From: Longimicrobiales bacterium
GTDB taxonomy: Bacteria > Gemmatimonadota > Gemmatimonadetes > Longimicrobiales > Gaopeijiaceae
Direction of reading: 5' to 3'
Assembly: GCA_965248195.1 (NCBI GenBank)
Contig: CBDFIQ010000002.1
Span: 32,001 to 96,000, forward strand
DNA: 64,000 nt
Made by a program: the position numbers and the translations under genes. The notes under the pieces are model-generated. The model did no database searches and had not been told where the DNA came from. It saw only the letters and a program-made list of their open reading frames with translations. Of this stretch, positions 10,810 through 22,019 are shown piece after piece; position 1 is the first letter of the stretch, and every line of letters begins with the position of its first letter.

Positions 10810-12599
10810 CTACTCACCGGCCTCGACGACGCCGAGCACGGTCGCTGGGTCAGCCTGCTGGTAGCTTTGCCTGAGGACCTGAGCATCCCGCCAGCCACCG
10901 GCAGCGGCAACGTCCTGATCGGGTAGATGCTGGTCAAGTCCCGATTTGTGTGTAAAAGCGGAGGAAGCTCCTCGCCTTCGGCTAGGCTGCTTGGGCGACC
11001 TCCTGTTTCTGGAGGAGTGAGAGGTCGAGGTAACGCCGGTCGCCCCAGACGTGTGTGGTCCTGAGTGCGACGGCCGTGATGAGCCTGAGGGCGCTGGCCC
11101 GGTCCGGGAAGGCGCCGGCGGCCTTGATCCTGCGTTTGATCTCGCCGTGCAGCCGCTCGAGGCTGTTGGTGGTACGCAGCCGGGGCCAGTGCGCCTCGGG
11201 GAACGCGTAGAACTGCGTCGCTGCCCCGAAGCCCCGCTCCAGGACCTCCACGGCCTCGGGCAGCTCCTTCTTCCAGCGTGCGCCGAACTCGCCCAGGAGC
11301 TTCTTCGCCTCGGCGAGTCCGGATGTCTGGAAGATCACCGAGACCTCACGCGCCATGCGCTTGCGTAGGCGGTGGGGGACCCTCGCCCCCACATTACGCT
11401 GCAGATGGACCGTACACCTCTGACGGCGTGCCTCGGGCAGGAAGCGGCGGACCGCAGCTGCCAGGCCTGCGTGCTCATCGGCGATCACGAGCTCGACACC
11501 GCCGAGGCCGCGGTCCTGGAGTTGCTCGAGGAGCTCCGACCAGCTCTGCTGCGACTCCTCAGCGCCCAGCGTGACGGCCAGGAGCCGTCGGTGACCCTCA
11601 GGGCCCACTGCATACGCCACGAGCGCACTCACGTTCTCGACTTTGCGGGCCCAGCGGGCGTCCAAGAACGTGGCGTCCAGGTACAGATAGGGGTGAGGCC
11701 CCTCGATCGGCGCACGGCGCAGCCCTTCCACGGCCTCGTCGAGCCGTTTTGCCACACGACTCACCGTCGAGCGCCCAACACGCTCGCCCATCAGCGCCTC
11801 GGTGACGTCGCCCATCTTGCGCTGTGACACGCCGCTCACATACGCCTCGACCATCATCTCGTCGAGCTCGGGGCTCCTGCGCTGGTAGCGGCCGATCACG
11901 TCGGCCGGCGAACCGTTGTCCCGGCTCCGGGGCATGGCGACCTCGATCTGCCCCAGGCTCGTCAGCAGCCGCCTCAGGTATGTGCCGTTCCTATGGTCCT
12001 TCCGGCTTCCCACCCGCTCGAAGCGGCGTGCACCTACCATGGCCTTCAGCTCCTCTTCCAGCACCATCTCGAGCGTCAGCCGGATCGCGCCTTGAAACAG
12101 CTCGCGCAAATCATCGCGTAGCTCGTCTTGCGTGGCCCGACCGATCTCCACAATCTCTTGCATCGGAAGCTCCTCTCCGGTTCCGAGCCTGCTCTGCAGA
12201 CCCGGACTCCCGGGTTCATGTGACAGTGAACAACAACAGAGGAGCTTCCGTTTTTCTTTCCCTCCTGTCCAGCTTATCCGCTTTTACACAAATCTAGGGA
12301 CACTACCGTAGATGCTTCCGCTCCGTCGCCCAGAGGCGTCGGTATGGGTGGAAGACACCGCCCTGCAGCTTGGGCAGCTTTGCGAGGCTCTCGGACTTCA
12401 GGAGCCAACGGGCGGTCAGGTCACGACGTATAGGGAGATCGGGTCTCCGTGGGGAGGGGAAGAGCGGCACATCTCCCACCCTGGGATTCCCCAAAAGGTA
12501 AATGTCCAAACCTTGCCGTGTGCGATCGCTGATCGGCGTCACGGTCGCGTAGCCCATTTTGTCTTCGGCCTCACGCCATCTGATGGCGCCGTGCGGCAT
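10810..12599 (-). pseudogene. Tyrosine recombinase/integrase C-terminal half, 5'-truncated and interrupted by IS256
   Basis: Removing the IS and one TSD restores ...GVFHPYRRLWATERKHLPDQDVAAAGGWRDAQVLRQSYQQ..., i.e. HxxR, W and the catalytic Y. Confidence 0.85.
10932..12307 (-). mobile_element. IS256-family element, copy 1 (transposase 10982..12163)
   Basis: Mutator-type DDE transposase (YLDAT, IADEH, QRCTVH, TTNSLER); imperfect terminal IRs; 9-bp TSD GTAGATGCT. Confidence 0.95.
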
Positions 12600-12607
12600 A
12601 TGTTTGG

Positions 12608-13068
12608 CTGAATTGGTGGATCGACGAGTATTGCGTGGATTTTAATTCGGCGGCAGCAGCTCGACGGGCTGGCTATAGTGAAAAAACCGCACACCAGATC
12701 GGCTACGAGAACCTGAGAAAACTTGACTTGAAGCAGGCCATTGGGGAGCGGCTGGATGATCTATCTCTTGGGGCCGCCCAGATTACGCAACTGTTGTCCG
12801 CACAGGCCATAGGCAAAGTCCCATCGAGTGTGAAGGAAGTCGAAGCTCCAGATGGTGAAGTGACACCTACAACAGTCTTGGCGCGTTGGACAAGCTGGCG
12901 AGGGCTCGGGGTCTCTACGAGAAGAGGCTGTTGAAGCAGCGGCAGTTCGGCCTGGAGGAGCTGGGCGTCGTGATCCTACCCGAACTCGACGACGAGCCAG
13001 ATTGGGAACGCATTGAGGACGGCGACCCCCGCTACTCGTTCGTGCGACCACCGCAGGAAAAGGGTTAG
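12608..13068 (+). pseudogene. Phage terminase small subunit remnant (frameshifted, 5'-truncated)
   Basis: DEYCVDFNSAAAARRAGYSEKTAHQIGYENLRK (Terminase_2-type HTH); continues in another frame as ALDKLARARGLY. Confidence 0.75.
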
Positions 13069-13222
13069 AGACGGTTAGTTCGAGCCGACGATCAGCACGC
13101 CTTCCACGAAGACGCGAAGCCAGGGGATCTGAGCCTTCAATTCCCCATCCGGCTTGCTTCAGTTGCTCGAAGAAGTTCACGACGAGAGCCGGGGGTACAG
13201 CGCACCGATGAGAAACTGCAGG

Positions 13223-15061
13223 CTAACCAGGACCGAGTCTAACCCCACAGATAAACCCGTTGCCGTCCCGGTCGGCGTTTCGGTAATCCTGGGTGTCGGG
13301 CATACTTAGACCTTCGTTGTCGGGTTTGAATATGCAGGTCTGGATCAGTCCGCCGAGCTGAGCAACCTGCAGGGGAACCACATTGCCAAGCTGGTTAGCC
13401 GAGAGGTTCAGGTCCTGGAGGTTTGACAGGCTCCCGAGCTCAGCGGGGATCGAGCCGGTCAGCTGATTCCCCTGGAGGCCCAGGATTGTGAGGTTTGACA
13501 GGTTCCCGAGCTCAGCCGGGATCGAGCCGGTCAGCTGATTCCGCCAGAGCTGCAGGTGAGCGAGGCTCGACAACTTCCCGAGCTCAGGAGGGATCGAGCC
13601 GGTCAGCTGGTTGTCACGGAGGTCCACGCTCTGGAGGCTTGACAGGTTCCCGAGCTCAGGGGGGATCGAGCCGGTTAGCTGATTCGCCTGGAGCCACAGG
13701 ACTGAGAGGTTCGACAGGTTCCCGAGCTCAGGAGGGATCGAGCCGGTTAGCTGATTCTCCCAGAGGCCCAGCCTTGTGAGGTTCGAGAGGTTCCCGAGCT
13801 CAGGGGGGATCGAGGTCAACTGGTTTAGACCGAGCGCCATTCGCAGGAGGCCCGACAGGTTCCCGAGCTCAGGGGGGATCGAGCCGGTCAGCTGGTTGTT
13901 AAAGAGGTTCAGGTCCTGGAGGTTTGACAGGTTCCCGAGTTCAGCCGGGATCGAGCCGGCTAGCTGATTCTCCTGGAGCCACAGCTCCTGGAGGTTCGAC
14001 AGGTTTCCGAGCTCAGGGGGGATCGAGCCGGTTAGCTGATTCACCCCGAGGCTCAGGCTTCCAAGGCTTGACAGGTTCCCGAGTTCAGGGGGGATCGAGC
14101 CGGTTAGCAGGTTAGCCGAGAGGTACAGGCCCTGGAGGTTTGACAGGTTCCCGAGCTCAGCGGGGATCGAGGTCAACTGGTTTTGGGCTAGCCCCAGCTC
14201 AAGGAGCTCCGACAGGTTCCCGAGCTCAGCCGGGATCGAGCCGCTCAGCTGGTTACCCGAGAGGTGCAGGCTTGTGAGGTTCGACAGGTTCCCGAGCTCA
14301 GGAGGGATCGAGCCGGTTAGCTGATTCCCCTGGAGCGACAGGACTGAGAGGTTCGACAGGTTTCCGAGCTCAGGGGGGATCGAGCCGGTTAACTGGTTTT
14401 CGATTAGCACCAGCTCAGCGAGCTCCGACAGGTTCCCGAGCTCGGGGGGGATCGCGCCCGTCAGGCTGTTGTCACGCAGGTTCAGGTTCTGGAGGCTTGA
14501 CAGGTTCCCGAGCTCAGGGGGGATCGAGGTCAACCCGTTTTGTGTGAGCTGCAGGCGTGTGAGGCTCGACAGGTTCCCGAGTTCAGGGGGGATCGAGCCC
14601 CTCAGCGAATTGGCGAAAAGGTCCAGGATCTGGAGGTTCGACAGGTTCCCGAGCTCAGGAGGAATCGACCCGTTCAGCCGGTTTCGCCGTAGGGAGAGGC
14701 CGGTAACAGCATCGCCGTTAGCACAGGACACACCGTGCCAACTGCATGGCGTCGTGCTCGTCAACCATCCCGTTATAAGTGTCCATTCTGGCCCGTTCGT
14801 AGCGACGTACAACGCCACTAGCGCGTCACACTCAACTGCGGAGATTGCCGATTGTGCTGAGCAAAGGGCGTTGACGGCAGGGGTCGGCTGGGTTGGGCTG
14901 TCGCTTCTCTTGCATGACGATGTGAGCACCACCGCGAGTCCCAGAAGAGTGAGACCCCAGAATCGACGAATGACGACTCCAAGCCTACAGACAAGAGGGG
15001 CATCGAGCTTCTGTGGCGGCCCCCTTGAGGCTCTACTCAAACGGGGGATGGAATCGGACAT
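13223..15061 (-). CDS. Lipoprotein with about 19 plant-type leucine-rich repeats
   Basis: Lipobox LTSSC; LRR N-cap CSWHGVSC; repeats LxxLxLxxNQLTGSIPPELGNLSN. Confidence 0.9.
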   Translation of the reverse strand: MSDSIPRLSRASRGPPQKLDAPLVCRLGVVIRRFWGLTLLGLAVVLTSSCKRSDSPTQPTPAVNALCSAQSAISAVECDALVALYVATNGPEWTLITGWLTSTTPCSWHGVSCANGDAVTGLSLRRNRLNGSIPPELGNLSNLQILDLFANSLRGSIPPELGNLSSLTRLQLTQNGLTSIPPELGNLSSLQNLNLRDNSLTGAIPPELGNLSELAELVLIENQLTGSIPPELGNLSNLSVLSLQGNQLTGSIPPELGNLSNLTSLHLSGNQLSGSIPAELGNLSELLELGLAQNQLTSIPAELGNLSNLQGLYLSANLLTGSIPPELGNLSSLGSLSLGVNQLTGSIPPELGNLSNLQELWLQENQLAGSIPAELGNLSNLQDLNLFNNQLTGSIPPELGNLSGLLRMALGLNQLTSIPPELGNLSNLTRLGLWENQLTGSIPPELGNLSNLSVLWLQANQLTGSIPPELGNLSSLQSVDLRDNQLTGSIPPELGKLSSLAHLQLWRNQLTGSIPAELGNLSNLTILGLQGNQLTGSIPAELGSLSNLQDLNLSANQLGNVVPLQVAQLGGLIQTCIFKPDNEGLSMPDTQDYRNADRDGNGFICGVRLGPG

Positions 15062-15201
15062 GGGCGCACTCCGGGATCAGACTGTGCTCAACATCCGAGA
15101 GCGGGCCGGTAGGCGCAAGCAGAAGCCTCGCGCTACTCGATCACACTGCCGCCGCTGGAGTCCGAAAACGGCCATGATCCGAGCAGTCGCAACCGCTGGC
15201 G

Positions 15202-15284
15202 AGATGCAAACGGGATGCACGCCGACCGGAAACGCTGTGATTTGGGGGTGAACGGCCCTAGAACGCTTTCCCAATCGGAATGCG
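15202..15284 (+). repeat. Island-end-like repeat, copy 1 (copy 2 at 17176-17259)
   Basis: AGATGCAAACGGGATGCAC...GGAAACGCTGTGAT...GAACG...CGCTTTCC...GAATGCG. Positions 15203-15219 are the exact reverse complement of 10762-10778. Confidence 0.8.
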
Positions 15285-15321
15285 GCCTCAGTCTTCCCTA
15301 GGCGGCATACCCCCCCCTCTC

Positions 15322-16676
15322 TCACCCCCCCTCCCGGAGCGCCTCGGTCGGCTGGATGCGTAGCGCTCTTCTCATGGGCCTCCCGCAAGCGATGAGACCC
15401 ATGATGAGAATGAGGGCTGTAATCCCCACGATGGGTCCGGGTCCCTGAGTGAAGACCCGCCCGTTCGTACCGGCGAACCCGAGCCCGAGTCCTAGAAACG
15501 TGCCTACGGCAAGTTGCAGGATCGCTCGTGAAAAAACTTCACTGACGACCCGTCGCGGGTTTGCACCGAGCGCGGTGCGGATGCCAATCTCCCGGGTGCG
15601 CTGCGAGACCGTGAAGGACATCAACGCATAGAGGCCAGCTGTCGCGAGCCCCAGGGCTGCGAATACCAGCAGGCCGATTCCGAGACCGAGGAGGTGCATC
15701 ACTGTAGCCCCGATGCCGACGATCTCCGCGAGCGGTCTAGGCCGATGCAGCACCAGTGATGGGTCCAATTCCCCTCCGATCGCTCTCAACCGGCCCAGGA
15801 ACTGAGATGGATCCTCCCGAAGATGCACTGCCAAGTGAATCGGACCGGCAGCCGTCACCAGAGGGAAGTAGATTGCGGGCCATTGTCCGGCGCTGCTCCC
15901 GAGGTCCACGGTCAAGTCGGGCACGACGCCTACGATCTCCGCCCACTGTCCAGGCGCGAGTTCTCCCCGGGGGTTGAGCCGGATACGCTGCCCAATCGGC
16001 TCGCCAAATCTCAATATCCGCCGAACAAAGGCATTGTTCACGATGGCGACACGTGCCTCGGAACCCGTGAGGTCCCCGGCATCGAACTCCCGTCCAACCC
16101 GCACCTGAACGCCGAACACGTCGAAGTAGCTCGGCTCGACCCAAGCGACGCGCGCGCGATGACCAGCCGCACCCTCGAAGCGAGGTGGAATCCCCTCTGC
16201 TTGGAAGAATCGCACTGGGTGTTCCATTCCGGGGAGTCGCGAGCCGAGCGTGACGCCCAGCACAGCCGGCTCGAGGGATACTCGTCGACCGAGCTCTCGC
16301 CAGATCTCGGAGTCTCGAGCGAAGTCGGCCACCCGATCTCCGTCCAGGTCTTGAAGAGCATGCGTACGCCGAGCTTCAAGTCTAAGAGTGAGATGCCGAA
16401 CGAAAGACGACGGAGTTTCACGATACCAAATTCAGCCCGCCGATCGGCAACCGCACGCAAACCCGAGGCCTCGCGGAGTCGCTCGGCGAGAAACCGCCCA
16501 GAGAACGTCATCGCCTCTCGCCAATACCAAAGTCGAGCCCGCACGCGACCTCGCCCACGAGATCGGTCCCGGAAGACCTCGTCCAGGTCACCCGTGATGT
16601 CGTCTCGCCGATCCTCGGGAAGCGCCCACCGAATGAGACGGCGTGCGAGTCTGGGAGGGCGCCCTGCCTCGCTCAC
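15322..16676 (-). pseudogene. MacB-like duplicated ABC permease (ADOP type) with a large internal deletion and frameshift near 16350
   Basis: N-terminus PPRLARRLIRW...GDLDE...DLKLGVRMLFK is joined out of frame to the second periplasmic domain and FtsX end (VSQRTREIGIRTALGA...PTEALRE). Confidence 0.75.
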
Positions 16677-17005
16677 TGGACGTCCTCGATCATCAGATCC
16701 AGCCCTTGCCACATTTGCTCCATGAGCCCCCGGGATTCTTGGAGTAATCTCCGCCCTTCGGGCTCCACCCGCACGCATCGCCGAGGCTCTCCACCTCGCC
16801 CCGGGGTGGGATCACTCATCCAGGAGGACAGAAGCCCCTTCTTCTCCAGCCTCCGAAGCGTGACGTAGACCGCCGATCGCGAGACCGAACGCCCGGTGCG
16901 ACGCTCGATTTCATCGACGACCGGGATCCCATACACCTCACCCTCCAGGTGTAGGATCGCCAACAACACCATCTGCTCGAACTCGCCCAGGCCTTTATGC
17001 GACAT
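16673..17005 (-). CDS. PadR-family transcriptional regulator
   Basis: LGEFEQMVLLAIL, YGIPVVDEIE, VYVTLRRLEKKGLL. Stop overlaps the permease start (GTGA). Confidence 0.88.
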   Translation of the reverse strand: MSHKGLGEFEQMVLLAILHLEGEVYGIPVVDEIERRTGRSVSRSAVYVTLRRLEKKGLLSSWMSDPTPGRGGEPRRCVRVEPEGRRLLQESRGLMEQMWQGLDLMIEDVQ

Positions 17006-17175
17006 CGCAGTTTCCTGCCAAGTGGATCCCGACAACGGGTGTATGTTTACATCGTTGTCATAATATACGGGTGGGCCCATTCGAACACCCCCACCGTCGA
17101 GGGGGCGACACATGACAGGAAGTCTACTGCCGTCTGTGTGAACGCCCGGGTCTGAGCGCTTCTAACCCTCAGAAC

Positions 17176-17259
17176 AGATGCAAATGGGATGCACACTGAT
17201 CGGAAACGCTGTGATCTCAGGGGCGAACGCCCGTAGAGCGCTTTCCTAAATAGAATGCG
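17176..17259 (+). repeat. Island-end-like repeat, copy 2
   Basis: Diverged direct copy of 15202-15284. Confidence 0.8.
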
Positions 17260-17507
17260 CCGCCCGATCCTGGGCGAATCTGGATGAGCGCGCCAAGATG
17301 GAGAACATGTCCCTGGTAGTCACCGCCGTGGTCGCTGGAACGGTACTGGTGCGGATGCTTGCCTGCTTGGTGCCGAGAGGCGGGTCGGCGGATCGGGCCG
17401 CGACCCGCTGTGTAGTTCATTGATGGTCGGAGTGTGGCTAGGGATCTGCGAGGGCTTGTCTCCGGGCTGAGCTGGGAGACAGAAACCGCAACAACGGGAG
17501 GCGGCAG

Positions 17508-19952
17508 ATGCGCAGTCCGATCGAGGCCTGGAGAAGAGACTTCATGCACGCGGCTCGCGCTCTTCGCCGCGCGCCGGGTTTCACGGTCGTGACGGTGGCG
17601 ACGCTCGCCCTCGCCATCGGTTCCAACGCAGCGATTTTCAGCGTCGTCGACACCGTCCTGCTCGATCCGCTCAGCTTCCCCGCGGCGGATCGACTGGTCG
17701 TCATCCGAGCGTCCGCCCCCGGCACCGACCAGCCAGATGAATTCGGCCCCGGGGCCGAGTTCTATGTGCAGTACCGCGACAACGCCGGCATGCTCGAGGA
17801 CCTGGGGATGTGGAACCAGGGCCAGACCACGGTGCGGTCGGACGAGCGCACCGAAAGGCTCTTCATAGTACAGGTGACCCCTGACCTATACACCACGCTC
17901 GGTGTGACGCCGGTGCTGGGCCGTCTGTCCACCGCTGAAGATGGCTCAGCTGATGTGGTCGTGATCAGCAACTGGCTTTGGACGACGTGGTTCGATGCCG
18001 ACCCCTCGGTTATCGGCCGCTCGTACGAGATCTCCGGCACCATGCGCACGGTGATTGGTGTTATGGGCCCCGAATTTCGATTTCCCGATGATCGGACGGC
18101 CCTGTGGATTCACGCGATGTTTGAGGAAGAGAACGAGATCCGGCCAGGAAACTTTGGGTTCAATTTCGTTGGGCGGATGACGCCGGGAACCGATCACGCT
18201 TCCCTGGAAGGGCAACTGGCCGTCCTTGCCAGCCGCCTTCCCGAGCTTTACGGCGGCTCAGCCCGCTACGCTGAAATCATCGAACAGCACATCCCCATCG
18301 TGCGCTCGCTGGAGGAAGAATTGGTGGGCGACATCGCGGGCCGGCTCTGGCTGCTATTGGGCGCGGTCGTGATCGTGCTCCTCATCGCATGTGCGAACCT
18401 TGGCAACCTGTTTATCGTCCGGGCGGAGAGCCGGCGGGGCGACCTAGCAGTGCGGCAGGCCCTGGGCGCGGGACGTGCCGGCCTGGTCCGCACCCAGATG
18501 GCGGAGGCCCTGCTTCTAGCGGCAGCGGGTGGTACAGGCGCCGCGCTTCTCGCATGGGCAGCGGTCCCGTTGCTCGTCCGCGCCGCTCCGGAGAACATCC
18601 CCAATCTCGACGCGGCGAGCCTCGACTTCGCCACGCTGATCTTCACTGCGGTCGTCTCGATGCTGGCCGCATTAGCGTTCGGCCTCCTGCCGGCAATCCG
18701 GTTCTCGAGACCGCAACCCGTGGGCGCTTCGAAGCAGGCGGGTCGAGGGTGGGGAGCGGGCGGTCACTGGAGCCGCCACGCTCTGGTGTTGCTGCAGACC
18801 GCAGCTGCCCTCGTGCTTCTCGTGGGCTCGGGTCTGCTCATACGCAGCTTCTGGGCGCTGACTCACGTCGATCCGGGGTATGACACGGACGACATCTTCA
18901 CCTTTCAGGTCGCCCCCCAGCGCGAAGAGTTGAACGACGGGCCATCGTACGCGCGGTTCCACGAGGCATTCATGGAGCGCGTGGCCGGCCTGCCCAGTGT
19001 CGAGTCCGTGGGTCTCACGATTTTACTCCCCTTGGACGAAGGCGCAGCGAGCGGCCGTTTCAACACCGAGCGTACCCTGGCCAGTGGTGAAACACCGCCA
19101 ATCATTAGGTTCACCGCTGTGGGTGGCGAGTACTTCCGGACGATGGGGATCGCCATCACACGCGGTCGACGGCTTGAGCCCAGCGACCACCGCCTAGGTA
19201 TAGTGAACCTCATCGTCAGCGAGTCCACCGCCGAGCTGCTCTGGCCCGGCGAGGATGCCCTCGGCAAGCGGCTCCTGCAGGGCGCCGACACCACCCTTTG
19301 GATGAACGTCGTGGGGGTCGCGGAGGACATCTTTCTGGAAGACTTCCGGCAACAGGCGCGCGATGCCATGCTCTACCTGCCGATGGTGGGCCCCACGGCC
19401 GGGACCTATGCGGTCGGGTCACCGGCGTACGTCGTAAAGACGACGCGAGCCGAGTTGATCGCTCCCGAAATTCGCGCCCTCATGCGGGAGGTCGTGCCCG
19501 AATCCCCGATGTACAGGATCTTCACCATGGAGGGCCTGGCCCAGCGCTCAATGGCCCAACTCTCGTTCACCATGCTCATGCTGGCCATCGCGTCGGGGCT
19601 GGCTTTGATCCTCGCCGCCGTCGGATTATACGGAGTCCTCTCGTACGTAGTAGCTCATCGCGCTCCAGAGATCGCCGTGCGGATGGCGTTGGGTGCGGAA
19701 GCGCCACAGGTTCGTCGGATGGTGGTCCTGCAAGGGGCACGTGTCACGCTCGCCGGAATCGCCCTTGGCCTCTTGACGGCCCTCGCATTGACCCGAGTCC
19801 TGGACTCCTTGCTGTTTGGGGTGGGGACGCTGGACGTGCCCACGTTCTTCGCAACGGCGGGCGTGATGGTGGCGGTTGCCTTACTGGCCAGCTACATCCC
19901 GGCGCGGCGGGCGTCGCTGGTGGATCCGATGCTGTCGCTGAGGGCGGACTGA
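17508..19952 (+). CDS. MacB-like duplicated ABC permease (ADOP type)
   Basis: RALRRAPGFTVVTVATLALAIGSNAAIFSVV, LLIACANLGNL, VRQALGA, EIAVRMALGA, PARRASLVDPMLSLRAD. Confidence 0.9.
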   Translation: MRSPIEAWRRDFMHAARALRRAPGFTVVTVATLALAIGSNAAIFSVVDTVLLDPLSFPAADRLVVIRASAPGTDQPDEFGPGAEFYVQYRDNAGMLEDLGMWNQGQTTVRSDERTERLFIVQVTPDLYTTLGVTPVLGRLSTAEDGSADVVVISNWLWTTWFDADPSVIGRSYEISGTMRTVIGVMGPEFRFPDDRTALWIHAMFEEENEIRPGNFGFNFVGRMTPGTDHASLEGQLAVLASRLPELYGGSARYAEIIEQHIPIVRSLEEELVGDIAGRLWLLLGAVVIVLLIACANLGNLFIVRAESRRGDLAVRQALGAGRAGLVRTQMAEALLLAAAGGTGAALLAWAAVPLLVRAAPENIPNLDAASLDFATLIFTAVVSMLAALAFGLLPAIRFSRPQPVGASKQAGRGWGAGGHWSRHALVLLQTAAALVLLVGSGLLIRSFWALTHVDPGYDTDDIFTFQVAPQREELNDGPSYARFHEAFMERVAGLPSVESVGLTILLPLDEGAASGRFNTERTLASGETPPIIRFTAVGGEYFRTMGIAITRGRRLEPSDHRLGIVNLIVSESTAELLWPGEDALGKRLLQGADTTLWMNVVGVAEDIFLEDFRQQARDAMLYLPMVGPTAGTYAVGSPAYVVKTTRAELIAPEIRALMREVVPESPMYRIFTMEGLAQRSMAQLSFTMLMLAIASGLALILAAVGLYGVLSYVVAHRAPEIAVRMALGAEAPQVRRMVVLQGARVTLAGIALGLLTALALTRVLDSLLFGVGTLDVPTFFATAGVMVAVALLASYIPARRASLVDPMLSLRAD

Positions 19953-19982
19953 GGCGTTAGGCCCGGTCTCGTGGGGTCCAGG

Positions 19983-20775
19983 CCTGGAGTTGCTCGAGGA
20001 GCTCCGACCAGCTCTGCTGCGACTCCTCAGCGCCCAGCGTGACGGCCAGGAGCCGTCGGTGACCCTCAGGGCCCACTGCATACGCCACGAGCGCACTCAC
20101 GTTCTCGACTTTGCGGGCCCAGCGGGCGTCCAAGAACGTGGCGTCCAGGTACAGATAGGGGTGAGGCCCCTCGATCGGCGCACGGCGCAGCCCTTCCACG
20201 GCCTCGTCGAGCCGTTTTGCCACACGACTCACCGTCGAGCGCCCAACACGCTCGCCCATCAGCGCCTCGGTGACGTCGCCCATCTTGCGCTGTGACACGC
20301 CGCTCACATACGCCTCGACCATCATCTCGTCGAGCTCGGGGCTCCTGCGCTGGTAGCGGCCGATCACGTCGGCCGGCGAACCGTTGTCCCGGCTCCGGGG
20401 CATGGCGACCTCGATCTGCCCCAGGCTCGTCAGCAGCCGCCTCAGGTATGTGCCGTTCCTATGGTCCTTCCGGCTTCCCACCCGCTCGAAGCGGCGTGCA
20501 CCTACCATGGCCTTCAGCTCCTCTTCCAGCACCATCTCGAGCGTCAGCCGGATCGCGCCTTGAAACAGCTCGCGCAAATCATCGCGTAGCTCGTCTTGCG
20601 TGGCCCGACCGATCTCCACAATCTCTTGCATCGGAAGCTCCTCTCCGGTTCCGAGCCTGCTCTGCAGACCCGGACTCCCGGGTTCATGTGACAGTGAACA
20701 ACAACAGAGGAGCTTCCGTTTTTCTTTCCCTCCTGTCCAGCTTATCCGCTTTTACACAAATCTAGGGACACTACC
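19983..20775 (-). mobile_element. IS256-family element, copy 2, truncated (3' part of the transposase gene and one IR lost)
   Basis: Identical to copy 1 from the GGTAGTGTCCC IR to ...ELLEQLQ, then diverges. No TSD. Confidence 0.92.
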
Positions 20776-21290
20776 TCGAGGACGCTGCCTCGGCTACCGC
20801 CTGGGTGCTCGAGAACATCGCTCGCTACGGCGGGGATCCGAGACGAGTCTACATCTCCGGCCATTCAGCTGGGGCCTACCTCGCCGCCCTCTTGGCACTC
20901 GACGACTCCTATCTAGCGACGCATGGGCTGAGCTCAGATCAGATCCAAGGCACGATACCGATTAGTCCGTTCCTCTACGTAGAGGAGACAGCGCCAGACC
21001 GGCCCAAGGACGTCTGGGGAGACGATCCTTCCGACTGGCTCGCCGCGTCAGTCACTCCGCACATCACATCGGGGAAGGGTCCGATGTTGTTGATCTACGC
21101 AGACGGCGACGACGAGTGGCGTCGGCACCAGAACGATAGGTTCGGCGAGGCTATGCGGGCCGCGGGAAACAGCGCGGTCCACGTCGTCGAGGTGCCGGAT
21201 CGGTCACATCTTTCCATACGATCGGACATGGCGGCTGCGGATGACAAGGTAGGCGATCTGATCCTGCGATTTATTGAGGGCCGCCACTAG
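20776..21290 (+). pseudogene. Alpha/beta hydrolase (carboxylesterase), N-terminus removed at the IS256 junction
   Basis: EDAASATAWVLENIARYGGDPRRVYISGHSAGAYL (GxSxG) begins directly at the IS end. Confidence 0.8.
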
Positions 21291-21415
21291 GCCCTCCGGT
21301 GCCCCTCTTCCGTGTCCCGAACCCTCTTCCTCAGACCGGGTAGTTGTGGATCGTCACCGGGAGAGCAACTGGGCGAAATTGGGATGAGCCGGGCCGTGGC
21401 CGTTGGGAGGTTGTG

Positions 21416-21883
21416 ATGGGTCGTCAGAGGAACCGTGCCACAGGGAAGGGGAAGGGCAGCCGAGCCCGGACCCTCATGGTGCCACTCATCCTTCTCGTAT
21501 TGCTGGCGCCTGCTGCGTGCAACTCCGATCCCACCGCCACGGACGAAGACGAGCTGTTCCAAGCTCTTTTCGGGACCTGGTCGTGGATCCAGGCCACGGG
21601 TGGGATCGCCGGTACGACCCGAACGCCGGACAGTGAGGGATACACGCGGACCCTCACCTTCACACGCCCAAACCAGGTAGAGATGCTCCGGAACGGAGTC
21701 CCGGAAGTGACGACCACCTTTGAGTTCGTCCCCCTGATAGACAGCGGCTCGGCGCAGCTGCTCTACGCCCAACCCCTCACTGGCTTCGACGCACAAGGGG
21801 TGGAGATCACCGAGGCCGGTGACCTGGTTCTCTCCGATCCGTGCTGCGACGGCTTCGTATACGAGTGGCGTCGGGAGCAGTAA
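21416..21883 (+). CDS. Hypothetical lipoprotein with a C-terminal PCCDG motif
   Basis: LLVLLAPAAC lipobox-like segment; GTWSWIQATGGIAG; LSDPCCDGF. Confidence 0.6.
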   Translation: MGRQRNRATGKGKGSRARTLMVPLILLVLLAPAACNSDPTATDEDELFQALFGTWSWIQATGGIAGTTRTPDSEGYTRTLTFTRPNQVEMLRNGVPEVTTTFEFVPLIDSGSAQLLYAQPLTGFDAQGVEITEAGDLVLSDPCCDGFVYEWRREQ

Positions 21884-21894
21884 ACCCTAGCTAG

Positions 21895-21930
21895 GACGGC
21901 CACCCTCATCGTTCGGAGGTGGCCGTCTTC
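21895..21930 (+). repeat. Dispersed hairpin repeat, copy 1 of 4 (others near 39003, 40879, 51555)
   Basis: GACGGCCACCCTCATCGTTCGGAGGTGGCCGTC. Confidence 0.85.
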
Positions 21931-22019
21931 GCGTTCAGAGGTGCGGGTATGATGGCGCAGAAGGTGCGCGCCATCTAAGATCAGATCTTGGACAAATGGG
22001 CCGTCAGGAGGGCTCAGGG

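Noticed and set aside
13380..14710. Regular conserved repeats with variable spacers, superficially CRISPR-like
   Set aside because: The period is 72/69 bp in frame and encodes LRRs; no cas genes are present.
15285..15312. Degenerate attR core after the island-end repeats (also about 17265-17282)
   Set aside because: Similarity to the 18-bp tRNA end is too weak to call by eye.
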